A stretch of DNA of 59,706 bases, the filler included. It is 4 parts of 4 records of this genome, joined end to end, with 100 filler letters (N's around TTAATTAATTAA, not from the genome) between each part and the next. Parts side by side here need not be neighbours in the genome. Positions count along the whole stretch, not along the records: positions 1 to 13,357 come from DRR723986_8309; positions 13,458 to 26,158 come from DRR723986_8313; 2 more parts are not named here. One strand, 5' to 3'. The position numbers and the translations under genes were made by a program. Under the pieces are notes generated by a model. It was not told the origin of the DNA. It saw only the letters and a program-made list of their open reading frames with translations, and did not search any database. Positions 10,715-20,181 of this stretch are shown in pieces (the stretch's first letter is position 1; the number at the start of each line of letters is the position of its first letter).

Positions 10715-11932
10715 ATGCACGTACTTTATTTCCATCAACATTTCTCAACTCCGCAGGGATCAGCCGGCACCCGCTCCTATGAGATGGCCCAGGCACTAAT
10801 CCGGGCCGGGCATAGCGTCACGATGGTCTGTGGCAGCTACGCGCAGGGCAATACCGGACTGAGCATGCCATTTAAAAAAGGCAGGCGGCGCGGCGTGGTC
10901 GATGGGATCGACGTAATAGAGTTCGCTCTCCACTATGGCAATCACATGGGGTTTGTTCAGCGTCTTGGTGTTTTCCTGAAGTTTGCCAAGGGCTCAATTG
11001 GTGTGGCATTACGGGAGCCCGCGGATGTCGTTTTCGCAACCACGACACCGCTGACAGCCGGCATTCCGGGCATTTTTGCGCGCTGGTTAAGGCGAAAACC
11101 ATTTGTGTTCGAGGTTCGGGATCTTTGGCCGGAATTGCCCAAAGCGATGGGGGTGATCACCAACCCGGTCGTGCTGTGGCTTATGTCGGCGCTCGAATGG
11201 CTCTCTTACCGCTCGGCAGATCGGTTGGTGGGACTTTCTCCAGGGATCGTCGAAGGGATTGCGTCGCGCGGCGTGGAAAAGTCACGCATCGCCATGGTTC
11301 CCAACGGTTGCGATATGGATCTTTTCTCTGCAACAGTTGAGGCTTGGCGCCCTGAAGGCGTGGAGGATGATCAGTTGCTCGCGATTTTCACGGGAACTCA
11401 TGGAAATGCGAACGGTTTGGATGCTGTTCTAAACGCCGCTGCGGTTTTGAAAGAGCGTCATCGTGATGAGATCCGGATCGCCTTGGTTGGGCAAGGGCGT
11501 GAGAAGCCAAAACTCGTAGCCGATGCTAAAGAACGTGGCCTCGACAATGTTGTTTTCGTCGATCCGGTTCCCAAGACCAAGCTCACTGGATTGATGGCGG
11601 GTGCTGATTTAGGGCTGCAAGTTTTGAGGAATGTCCCTGCGTTTTACTTCGGAACATCTCCAAACAAATTCTTCGACTACATCTCTGCAGGGTTGCCAGT
11701 TTTGAACAACTATCCGGGGTGGCTTGCAAGTTTGATCAGCGAAAGCGATTCTGGGTTCGCTGTGCCGCCCGATGATCCATCGGCCTTCGCGGATGCACTG
11801 ATCGAGGCTGCAGAGCATCGGGACGCTCTGCGACAGAAAGGGGTTAACGCACGAAAGCTTGCCCAAACTCGTTTTGCACGCTCGGAGCTTTCTGAGGACT
11901 GGGTTAAGTGGGTGACAGGGGCAGCGTGCTAA
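10715..11932 (+). CDS. Glycosyltransferase family 4 (WbuB/WeeG-like)
   Basis: LYFHQHFSTPQGSAGTRSYE, FEVRDLWPE, SPNKFFDY. Confidence 0.88.
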   Translation: MHVLYFHQHFSTPQGSAGTRSYEMAQALIRAGHSVTMVCGSYAQGNTGLSMPFKKGRRRGVVDGIDVIEFALHYGNHMGFVQRLGVFLKFAKGSIGVALREPADVVFATTTPLTAGIPGIFARWLRRKPFVFEVRDLWPELPKAMGVITNPVVLWLMSALEWLSYRSADRLVGLSPGIVEGIASRGVEKSRIAMVPNGCDMDLFSATVEAWRPEGVEDDQLLAIFTGTHGNANGLDAVLNAAAVLKERHRDEIRIALVGQGREKPKLVADAKERGLDNVVFVDPVPKTKLTGLMAGADLGLQVLRNVPAFYFGTSPNKFFDYISAGLPVLNNYPGWLASLISESDSGFAVPPDDPSAFADALIEAAEHRDALRQKGVNARKLAQTRFARSELSEDWVKWVTGAAC

Positions 11933-11974
11933 GCCTTAAGCCAAATAGCTGACAATTTTGAACGAATACGGTAC

Positions 11975-12568
11975 ATGAAGCGCATCATTGATATTCTCGG
12001 AGCGGGGCTAGGCTTGCTCCTGTTCTCACCGGTCTTAGCAATTGTGGCCTACAGGATCGGCCGCGAAATGGGTTCTCCTGTGCTGTTTCGTCAGACGCGG
12101 CCTGGTCGCCACGGAAAACCATTTCAGATGATCAAATTCCGCACCATGCGCGATGCGATTGACACCGATGGCCGCCCGCTTCCCGATGCGGAGCGGCTCA
12201 CCAAACTGGGCCGGTTCCTGCGCGCCAGCTCGATCGACGAGCTACCTGAACTTTGGAACGTGCTGAAGGGCGACATGAGTCTTGTTGGCCCGCGGCCGCT
12301 GTTGGTGGAATACCTGCCGCTTTATTCCCCCGAACAGGCCCGCCGCCACGAGGTGCGCCCAGGCGTGACCGGCTGGGCGCAGGTGAATGGGCGCAACGCG
12401 ATATCTTGGGACGAGAAATTTGCACTCGACGTCTGGTATGTCGACAACCAAAGCCTGTGGCTGGATCTGAAGATCATCTGGCTGACCATTCGCAAGGTGA
12501 TCAAGCGCGATGACATTTCAGCGGCGGGTGAAGCGACCATGTCAAAGTTTACTGGGAACGAATCATGA
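11975..12568 (+). CDS. Initiating phosphoglycosyl transferase (PglC/WeeH-like)
   Basis: KRIID, KFRTM, IDELPELWNVLKGDMSLVGPRP, RPGVTGWAQVNGRN. Confidence 0.92.
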   Translation: MKRIIDILGAGLGLLLFSPVLAIVAYRIGREMGSPVLFRQTRPGRHGKPFQMIKFRTMRDAIDTDGRPLPDAERLTKLGRFLRASSIDELPELWNVLKGDMSLVGPRPLLVEYLPLYSPEQARRHEVRPGVTGWAQVNGRNAISWDEKFALDVWYVDNQSLWLDLKIIWLTIRKVIKRDDISAAGEATMSKFTGNES

Positions 12569-13191
12569 TCCGGCTGCACGGCGTTTACGGGGCTTCCGGA
12601 TGCGGTCGCGGCATCATGCCCTTGATTCGCGCGCAAACCCCCCGGGCCGAACTTGTCTTCATCGACGATGGCCAGGCTCCAGGCTACGTGAACGGCCATG
12701 ATATTTTGTCCTGGACAGATTTTCTCGAACGCCAAGCCGACGAAAAAGCCGTCAGCATTGCTATAGCCGCCTCACAGACTCGGCAGACCCTCGCGGAAAA
12801 ATGCGCCGCTGCGGACATCCCTCTGATCGAGGCACGCGCCGCTTCTGTTGTACAAATGGATGATGTCGTCATCGGTGATGGTGCCTGCCTGTCCCCTTTC
12901 GTGACCCTGACCTCGAATATCCGCATTGGCCGCTGCTTTCATGCCAACCTCTATTCCTATGTCGAGCATGATTGTGTGATCGGCGATTTCGTGACCTTCG
13001 CACCGGGCGCCAAGGTGAGCGGGAATGTCACCATCGGCGATCACGCTTATGTCGGCTCAGGAGCAATTGTCCGCCAGGGCATCACGATCGGCGCGGGCGC
13101 CATCGTCGGCATGGGAGCGGTTGTGACGCGTGATGTGCCACCGGCCGTCACCGTCGTCGGAAACCCCGCCAAACCTCTTATCAAGGACTGA
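12565..13191 (+). CDS. Hexapeptide-repeat sugar N-acetyltransferase (PglD/WeeI-like)
   Basis: GVYGASG N-terminus, FIDD, YVEHDC catalytic His, LbH repeats, VVGNPAK. Confidence 0.9.
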   Translation: MIRLHGVYGASGCGRGIMPLIRAQTPRAELVFIDDGQAPGYVNGHDILSWTDFLERQADEKAVSIAIAASQTRQTLAEKCAAADIPLIEARAASVVQMDDVVIGDGACLSPFVTLTSNIRIGRCFHANLYSYVEHDCVIGDFVTFAPGAKVSGNVTIGDHAYVGSGAIVRQGITIGAGAIVGMGAVVTRDVPPAVTVVGNPAKPLIKD

Positions 13192-13194
13192 TCC

Positions 13195-13344
13195 ATGCGC
13201 ATCTACCTCTCCCGCCCCCACATGTCCGGCAATGAGGAGCGACGCGTGGCCGAGGCCTTCGCGTCGAACTTTGTCGCCCCTCTCGGGCCCCAACTCGACG
13301 CATTCGAGGCATCAGTGCGTGACTACCTGTTCCATCCCGGATGA
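13195..13344 (+). pseudogene. 5' fragment of DegT/PglE-type sugar aminotransferase, interrupted near the contig end
   Basis: Manual translation MRIYLSRPHMSGNEERRVAEAFASNFVAPLGPQLDAFEASVRDYL-FHPG* matches PglE-type N-terminus, then stops at codon 50. Confidence 0.7.
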
Positions 13345-13357
13345 TTACATTTCCCCT

Positions 13358-13457
13358 NNNNNNNNNNNNNNNNNNNNNNNNNNNNNNNNNNNNNNNNNNN
13401 NTTAATTAATTAANNNNNNNNNNNNNNNNNNNNNNNNNNNNNNNNNNNNNNNNNNNN
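13358..13457. other. Artificial contig spacer
   Basis: N-run / TTAATTAATTAA (stops in six frames) / N-run, 100 bp; genes truncated on both sides. Confidence 0.98.
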
Positions 13458-13458
13458 C

Positions 13459-16400
13459 GAGCCGCTGCCACTGTCGGATGTGATGCCGATTTTCGACAAT
13501 CTCGGTTTCCGGGTGATTGGCGAGCACCCGTTTGAGGTGATTGATCGAACGGGTAAAACGGTTTGGATTCATGACTTTACCCTGCAATCCCACACCGGCA
13601 ATATGGTGGATATTCACCGTATTCGCCCGATTTTCGAAGAGTTGTTCCGCCGGGTCTGGCACGGTGAAGCCGAAAACGACGCCTTTAACCGCCTGTTGTT
13701 GTCCTCCTACATGAGCTGGCGTGAGATCGCGTTGCTGCGTACTTACGCCCGCTACATGCGCCAGATCCGGTTCTCCAACAGTCAGACGTTCATTTCCAAC
13801 ACGTTGGTCAACCACGTCAACCTGACACGGATCCTGCTGGAATACTTTGAGATCCGATTCAACCCTGAGCGTTTCAAGAGTAAGGGTAAAAGCGAGGCGG
13901 CCCAGCAGAAACTGGAAATCGAATTCAACGCCGGCCTGGATGAAGTGGAGAACCTCAGTGAGGATCGCGTGCTACGGCTGTATCTGGAGCTGATGCAGGC
14001 GACGTTGCGCACCAACTACTACCAGCCGGATGGCGAGGGCCAGCCCAAGCCCTACATCAGTGTGAAATTTGACCCGTCGCAGATTCCGGACATGCCGCTG
14101 CCATTACCCATGTTCGAGATCTTTGTGTATTCCCCTCGTGTGGAGGGGGTTCACCTGCGTGGTGGCAAAGTGGCCCGTGGTGGTTTGCGCTGGTCGGATC
14201 GGTTCGAGGACTACCGCACAGAAATTCTGGGCCTGGTAAAAGCGCAGCAAGTGAAAAACGCCGTCATTGTGCCGGTGGGCGCGAAGGGTGGCTTTGTGGC
14301 CAAGCGTCTGCCCGATCCGTCTGACCGGGAGGCATTCCAAGCAGAGGGTATTGCGGCCTACAAAACATTCATCCGGGGCTTGCTGGATATCACAGATAAC
14401 CTGGTGGATTCCGGCATCCAGCCGCCGGAGCGGGTAATCCGCCATGACGAAGACGATCACTATCTCGTGGTGGCGGCTGACAAAGGCACCGCCACCTTCT
14501 CCGATATCGCTAATGGCCTGGCCGCGGAATATGGCTTCTGGATGGGAGATGCCTTCGCCTCCGGTGGCAGTAACGGTTATGACCACAAGAAAATGGGCAT
14601 TACTGCCCGGGGCGCCTGGGTCTCCGTGGAACGGCATTTCCGTGAGATGGGCATCAACCCGGCCGTGGATGAATTTACCGCCATCGGCATCGGTGACATG
14701 GGGGGCGATGTGTTTGGTAATGGCCTGCTGTGCTCGGAAAAAACCCGGCTGGTGGCCGCCTTCAACCACATCCACATCTTCATTGACCCGACCCCGGACG
14801 CCGAACGCAGCTACAAGGAGCGCAAGCGCCTGTTTGAACTGCCGCGTTCCGCCTGGACCGATTACGACAGCAAGTTGATTTCAAAGGGCGGCGGCGTATT
14901 CAGCCGCAATGCCAAGTCCATTCCGGTCAGCCCGGAAATGAAAAAGCTGCTGGGCATCAAGGCGGACCGCGTTCCGCCCAATATGCTTATCAGTCACATA
15001 CTCAAGGCCGAAGTGGACCTGCTCTGGATTGGTGGTATTGGCACTTACGTGAAGGGCAGCGGTGAAAGCCACTCCGACGTGGGCGACAAGGCCAATGATG
15101 GCCTGCGGATCAATGGTGCCGAGCTGCGCTGCAAGGTTGTAGGTGAGGGCGGAAACCTCGGCTTCACCCAGATGGGGCGGATTGAATACGCCCTGAAGGG
15201 TGGTCGCCTGAATACGGACTTCATCGACAACTCGGGCGGCGTGGACTGCTCTGACCATGAAGTGAACATGAAGATCCTGCTCAACCGGGCGGTGGCCATG
15301 GGCGATCTAACTGGCAAGCAGCGCAACATCATGCTGGAGGAAATGACTGATGATGTTGCCTCGCTGGTGCTGAAGAACAACTACCGTCAGACCCAGGCCA
15401 TCAGTATCGCCAGCGAGGATGCCGCCACCCGGCTGGAGGAGTATCGTCGGCTGATGAATACCTTCGAGAGCGAAGGCAAGCTCAACCGGGCACTGGAGTT
15501 CCTGCCGGATGACGAAACCCTGTCAGAGCGCAAGCTGGCTAAGAAAGGGCTGACGCGGCCGGAACTGTCGGTGCTGATTTCCTACGTCAAAGGGGATCTG
15601 AAGCAGGTGCTGATCGACAGTAATCTGCCGGACAATCCTCTGCTGGCGGGTGAGATGTACAAGGTCTTTCCGCGGGATCTGACCAAGCGTTTCTCGAAAG
15701 AGCTGGGTGAACACCAGCTGCGACGGGAGATCATCGCAACCCAGATCGCCAACGACATGGTTAACCACATGGGCATTACCTTTGTGGAGCGCCTGAACCA
15801 GTCTACCGGGGCGGACGCAGCATCCATTGCCCTGGCCTGGATTATTGCCAGGGATGTGTTCCGCATCGACAGCTGGTGGGACAAGATTGAAGCGCTGGAT
15901 TTCCACGTTTCCGCGGATCTGCAGATGGAGCTGATGCAGGATCTGATGCGTCTAATGCGTCGGGCTGTGCGCTGGTTGCTTCGTAATCGCCGGGCAGAAC
16001 TCAATATCCAGAGTCACATGGAGCGGTTTGCCGACAGCGTCTGGGCCATTACCTCGGGTCTGCCGGAATACCTTGGCGACCAGGCTCGTGCCAATTGGGA
16101 AAAACGCAATGATCAGCTGATGGCTGCGGGTTTGCCGAAGGAACTGGCGTCGGTGCTGGCAGGAACCGGCTATCTGTATTCCTCTCTTGGTATTATCGAG
16201 GCACAGGAAGCCACAGGCATGCCGCTGAAAACGGTGGCCAACCTATACTACGATCTGGGTGACCGTCTCGACCTGACCTGGTTCGCTAATGCCATCGCAG
16301 CGTTGACGCCAAGTTCCCATTGGCAGGCCCTGGCGCGGGAAAGCTTCCGGGAGGATCTGGACTGGCAGCAACGGGCTCTGACCACCGGTGTGCTGAAAAC

Positions 16401-16608
16401 CGCTGAAAGCCCGGAGAAAGTCACCGATAGTGTGAACGCCTGGGAGCAGCGCAACCAGCACATGATTGATCGCTGGAACGCGATGCTGGCGGAACTCAAA
16501 GGCGTAAGGGAACCGGAATACGCCATGTTCTCGGTCGCACTGCGGGAGCTGCTGGACCTGGCGCAAAGCACCATGCACCAGAGCCCGGAAGATGTAACGA
16601 CCAACTGA
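13459..16608 (+). CDS. gdhB: Large NAD-specific glutamate dehydrogenase, 5'-truncated
   Basis: VEGVHLRGGKVARGGLRWSDR, KAQQVKNAVIVPVGAKGGF, AADKGTATFSD, DHKKMGITARG; frame open from contig edge. Confidence 0.95.
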   Translation, partial: EPLPLSDVMPIFDNLGFRVIGEHPFEVIDRTGKTVWIHDFTLQSHTGNMVDIHRIRPIFEELFRRVWHGEAENDAFNRLLLSSYMSWREIALLRTYARYMRQIRFSNSQTFISNTLVNHVNLTRILLEYFEIRFNPERFKSKGKSEAAQQKLEIEFNAGLDEVENLSEDRVLRLYLELMQATLRTNYYQPDGEGQPKPYISVKFDPSQIPDMPLPLPMFEIFVYSPRVEGVHLRGGKVARGGLRWSDRFEDYRTEILGLVKAQQVKNAVIVPVGAKGGFVAKRLPDPSDREAFQAEGIAAYKTFIRGLLDITDNLVDSGIQPPERVIRHDEDDHYLVVAADKGTATFSDIANGLAAEYGFWMGDAFASGGSNGYDHKKMGITARGAWVSVERHFREMGINPAVDEFTAIGIGDMGGDVFGNGLLCSEKTRLVAAFNHIHIFIDPTPDAERSYKERKRLFELPRSAWTDYDSKLISKGGGVFSRNAKSIPVSPEMKKLLGIKADRVPPNMLISHILKAEVDLLWIGGIGTYVKGSGESHSDVGDKANDGLRINGAELRCKVVGEGGNLGFTQMGRIEYALKGGRLNTDFIDNSGGVDCSDHEVNMKILLNRAVAMGDLTGKQRNIMLEEMTDDVASLVLKNNYRQTQAISIASEDAATRLEEYRRLMNTFESEGKLNRALEFLPDDETLSERKLAKKGLTRPELSVLISYVKGDLKQVLIDSNLPDNPLLAGEMYKVFPRDLTKRFSKELGEHQLRREIIATQIANDMVNHMGITFVERLNQSTGADAASIALAWIIARDVFRIDSWWDKIEALDFHVSADLQMELMQDLMRLMRRAVRWLLRNRRAELNIQSHMERFADSVWAITSGLPEYLGDQARANWEKRNDQLMAAGLPKELASVLAGTGYLYSSLGIIEAQEATGMPLKTVANLYYDLGDRLDLTWFANAIAALTPSSHWQALARESFREDLDWQQRALTTGVLKTAESPEKVTDSVNAWEQRNQHMIDRWNAMLAELKGVREPEYAMFSVALRELLDLAQSTMHQSPEDVTTN

Positions 16609-16676
16609 CTATTGCGTTATGTCGTTGATTCCCGTTCAATCCCGCAGCGGGAATCAATGGCAGGAGCAACAAGATA

Positions 16677-17354
16677 ATGGCACCACTGAAACATCTACTG
16701 GACAAGAACCGGGCCTGGGCCAATGGCATCAAGTCGGTGGACCCGAAGTTCTTTGACCGGCTCTCGAACCAGCAGGCACCGGAGTACCTGTGGATCGGCT
16801 GTGCCGACAGTCGGGTACCTGCGAACCAGATTGTGGACTTGCTCCCCGGTGAACTTTTCGTGCACAGAAACGTGGCCAACGTGGTTGTACATACAGATTT
16901 CAACTGCCTGTCGGTGCTCCAGTTCGCCATCGAAGTGTTAAAGGTCAAACACGTATTGGTGGTGGGGCATTACGGTTGTGGTGGCGTGCGCGCGGCATTG
17001 CTGAACGAAGGTTTTGGCCTGATTTCAAATTGGCTCCGCCATGTTCAGGACGTGCGTGACCGTCACCAGTCCGTACTGGACGCCATTCCCAATGTGCAGG
17101 ACCGGGTAGACCGCCTGTGTGAGCTGAACGTGGTAGAGCAGGTAGGGCATGTGTGCCAGAACAACATCGTTCAGGAAGCCTGGCGTCGCGGCCAGCCATT
17201 GACCGTGCACGGTTTCGTTTACGACGTGGCCGACGGTCTGTTGAGGGATATGGGGCTCTCGATCGCCAGTGAGGCAGACCGGGAAACGATTCGTCAGTCC
17301 AGTCTGGATGAGCTGATCGAACGACCGGTTCGCTCCGGGCGCCAAAAAATATAA
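16677..17354 (+). CDS. can: Beta-class carbonic anhydrase
   Basis: WIGCADSRVP, HRNVAN, GHYGCGG zinc ligands. Confidence 0.95.
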   Translation: MAPLKHLLDKNRAWANGIKSVDPKFFDRLSNQQAPEYLWIGCADSRVPANQIVDLLPGELFVHRNVANVVVHTDFNCLSVLQFAIEVLKVKHVLVVGHYGCGGVRAALLNEGFGLISNWLRHVQDVRDRHQSVLDAIPNVQDRVDRLCELNVVEQVGHVCQNNIVQEAWRRGQPLTVHGFVYDVADGLLRDMGLSIASEADRETIRQSSLDELIERPVRSGRQKI

Positions 17355-17480
17355 TGCGAAGAATGTCAAAAACTGTCAAAAAATCGTGATGTTCGTCACT
17401 TCCTGACCCGTGGCGTCATCACAGTAGTGACCTTCTGCGTCTGTTACAGTAGCAACTGTAAGCAGTAAGGGAGGTAAACC

Positions 17481-17654
17481 ATGAAAGAACTGATGCAGAA
17501 AGCCCTGCAGGCACTGGGAACCCGCAGAAACGAAAGTTCTGCCATGGATAGCGCAAGGGCTGAGGCCAAGCGCACCGAAGCACGCACCCCGGAAGATTGG
17601 GGAATGTCACCTGAAGACGCCCTGCGTGTGGGTACGGTTGCACGTTACAAATAA
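17481..17654 (+). CDS. Small hypothetical protein, 57 aa (absent from ORF track)
   Basis: SD TAAGGGAGGT 5 nt before ATG; MKELMQKALQALGTRRNESSAMDSARAEAKRTEARTPEDWGMSPEDALRVGTVARYK; terminator downstream. Confidence 0.7.
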   Translation: MKELMQKALQALGTRRNESSAMDSARAEAKRTEARTPEDWGMSPEDALRVGTVARYK

Positions 17655-17701
17655 TATCTGGCTCTTCCCGGGCGGCCCCAGAGGCCGACCCCGATAGCGA
17701 T

Positions 17702-17741
17702 AGCCCCGACTGATGCCACAGGGCAGACTCGGGGCTTTTTT
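17702..17741 (+). terminator. Rho-independent terminator after the small ORF
   Basis: AGCCCCGA...TCGGGGCT stem followed by T-run. Confidence 0.7.
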
Positions 17742-17787
17742 CCGGTTAGCATACGCGGCTCATGATTCTGGCAATGGTCCGCTACCC

Positions 17788-18843
17788 ATGTCTGCACTGC
17801 CCAATACCCACGAAGTTCTGCTCCGCAATGCGCATCTGTTGAATGGACGCCCAGCGCTGTTAGGCGTCTCGGATGCATCGCTTTTGCCCCGATGCCCGGT
17901 TCCCGGTATCGCGATGACCGAGCACGCCGGTCTTTGGCAAATCCTGTCCCATGACACTGACTGGGCTGGCTGTTTTGGTTACGAGCCTGATCGGCAGCAG
18001 CAGGGCTCTTGCGATACCGTGGTGGTATTTTTGCCTAAAGCCCGGGCTGAGTGTGAGCTCCGGCTGGCTTTGGCCCGTTACCTCGGCAAACCAGGTGCGG
18101 CACTGGTGGTTATTGGCGAGAAGAAGGAAGGCATTGCCGGTGCCATAAAGCAGTTTTCTGTCGTTGCCGGGGAGGTTGTAAAGGTTGACAGCGCCCGCCA
18201 TTGCCAGGTCTGGTGCGGCAGAAATACCCAACCCCTGACCAAATTCCGGTTGACTGACTGGCTCAGCTGGACGGAGCTTTCCTGCGCTGGCGTGGCGCTC
18301 TCTGTTGCCGGTTTGCCAGGCGTTTTCAGCCTGGGTCGACTGGACGATGGCACCCGGATGTTGTTGGAAACCCTGGCTGAGTCACCCCTGGGTGTCGATC
18401 GCGTGCTCGATTTCGCTTGCGGTGCAGGCGTTATAGGATCCTGGTTGCATGGTTTTCATCAGTTGGCGGGGAAGAAGCCGATTCGAGTAGATGGGACCGA
18501 TGTTCAGGCGCAGGCCGTGTTCTGTGCCCGGGAAAGTTACCGTAAGGCAGGAGTAAACGGTGAGATTTTTGCCGCCGATGGCCTGGCAGCCGTTCAAGGC
18601 AAATGGCCGGCCGTGATCAGCAACCCGCCTTTCCACACCGGTGTAAAAACCGATACCTCCATGACCGAGCAGTTCCTGGCCCAGGTGGCCGCGCATCTCG
18701 CGCACGGCGGCGAGCTGAGGCTGGTGGCCAACAGTTTTCTGCCGTATGAAGCCCTGATTCGACAACACATCGGCCCGGTTGAGAAACTTGCGCAGGACCG
18801 GCGGTTTACCGTTTACCGGGCATTTCGGAAAAAGTCGGGCTGA
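17788..18843 (+). CDS. rsmC: 16S rRNA m2G1207 methyltransferase
   Basis: [49 protein letters not shown] 17788 more plausible than 17713. Confidence 0.88.
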   Translation: MSALPNTHEVLLRNAHLLNGRPALLGVSDASLLPRCPVPGIAMTEHAGLWQILSHDTDWAGCFGYEPDRQQQGSCDTVVVFLPKARAECELRLALARYLGKPGAALVVIGEKKEGIAGAIKQFSVVAGEVVKVDSARHCQVWCGRNTQPLTKFRLTDWLSWTELSCAGVALSVAGLPGVFSLGRLDDGTRMLLETLAESPLGVDRVLDFACGAGVIGSWLHGFHQLAGKKPIRVDGTDVQAQAVFCARESYRKAGVNGEIFAADGLAAVQGKWPAVISNPPFHTGVKTDTSMTEQFLAQVAAHLAHGGELRLVANSFLPYEALIRQHIGPVEKLAQDRRFTVYRAFRKKSG

Positions 18844-18854
18844 AAAACAGACAG

Positions 18855-18964
18855 AAAAAAGCCCCTGGGGTAAGGGGCAAAAGATCTTGTCCGGAAAAAT
18901 GCGGCCGGCCAGCCGGGTCAGGGCTGGGGCATGACCGGAAAGGGTGTTCGGCGTGAACACCCCT
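18855..18964 (-). ncRNA. Candidate small RNA with its own terminator
   Basis: Minus-strand terminator (GCCCCT/AGGGGC + T6) between two plus-strand genes, preceded by hairpin GGGTGTTC/GAACACCC and an AT-rich promoter-like tract. Confidence 0.5.
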
Positions 18965-19038
18965 AACTTAGGTTTAATTTCTAGAATAAACAGCCTAAAA
19001 GTGTTTATTTTCCCGAAAGCTGCCAACGGAAGCCCAAA

Positions 19039-20178
19039 ATGACAACTGCCAGACTCCAGACACCTGCCGGTGACCTCCGCCTGATTCGGCCTGGCGGAAC
19101 GGCTGGGCTGCGCGCCTGGGACGCTGCCGACGAGTTGTTGTTGTCGGCTGCGGAGCCTTATCTGGCAGACGGTTTGCGCGTGCTGGTGGTTGACGACCAG
19201 TTTGGTGCGCTGACCCTCGGGCTTGCCTGCTATCAGCCGCAGACAGTTGCCGACAGCGCGACGCTCGCCCACTCCCTGTTGACGAACGCTTCGCTCAATC
19301 CGGCGTTGCCCGACTGCCCCGCGGTTTTGAACTGGCGTCGGCCACCCTCAGGGCCCTTTGATCTGGTGCTGCTCCGTATTCCCCGTCAGGCCGGTTATCT
19401 GGCCTGGTTGTTACGGTGGCTCAACAGCGTGCTGGCGGAAGACGGACGCATACTGGCGGGCGGTATGATCAAGCATCTGCCCGATCGTAGTGTTGATGTG
19501 TTCGCCAGTGCGGTGGTTACCGAACAGGTGTTGCCTGCCCGCAAAAAGGCGCGGGTAGTGGTGTGTCGTGGTGGCTCGGCCACATTGCCGGAATGGCAGG
19601 AGCAATGGCGCGGCTACCCGGTGGCAGGATTGCCCGGGCCGGTTGAGGCACTGCCCGCAGTGTTTGCCAGAGAAAAGCTGGATATTGGCACGCGGGAGTT
19701 GTTACCGCTGATTCCTCAGGCGGTTAGTCGAGTGCCCCCGGCCGGGCGGATTCTGGATCTGGCGTGTGGAAACGGCGTGCTCGGGTTGTCTGCGCTTGCC
19801 GGCAGACCGGGTGCCGAAGTGCATTTCAGTGACGTGTCCAGCCAGGCCATTGCCAGTGTTGAGCATAACCTGAGCAGGTACGAGGGCGGCGATTGCGTAC
19901 GCTTATGGCATCAGGACGGCATTGCAGATGATTTGCCTGACTATCAGCTTATTCTACTGAACCCACCCTTCCATGAGGGTGGCGTGGTGGGCGATCACAT
20001 CGCACTGAGACTGTTCAGGGATGCCGCCCGGCATCTGGCACCGGGCGGTCGCGTATTGATGGTGGGCAATCGCCACCTGGGGTATCACCGTTCCCTGAAA
20101 CAGTACTTCAGCAGCGTTGAACAGAGAGCTGCAAGCCCGAAATTCGTGGTGTTCGAAGCCCGGAATGGCGCGGTGTGA
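19039..20178 (+). CDS. rlmG: 23S rRNA m2G1835 methyltransferase
   Basis: LRAWDAADE, DQFGAL, ARKKAR, VFAREKLDIGTR, LDLACGNG, NPPFH, VGNRHLGYH. Confidence 0.85.
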   Translation: MTTARLQTPAGDLRLIRPGGTAGLRAWDAADELLLSAAEPYLADGLRVLVVDDQFGALTLGLACYQPQTVADSATLAHSLLTNASLNPALPDCPAVLNWRRPPSGPFDLVLLRIPRQAGYLAWLLRWLNSVLAEDGRILAGGMIKHLPDRSVDVFASAVVTEQVLPARKKARVVVCRGGSATLPEWQEQWRGYPVAGLPGPVEALPAVFAREKLDIGTRELLPLIPQAVSRVPPAGRILDLACGNGVLGLSALAGRPGAEVHFSDVSSQAIASVEHNLSRYEGGDCVRLWHQDGIADDLPDYQLILLNPPFHEGGVVGDHIALRLFRDAARHLAPGGRVLMVGNRHLGYHRSLKQYFSSVEQRAASPKFVVFEARNGAV

Positions 20179-20181
20179 TTC

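Noticed and set aside
16625-16657. Inverted repeat TTGATTCCCG/CGGGAATCAA between gdhB and can
   Set aside because: Single ordinary intergenic hairpin with no T-tract or second copy seen
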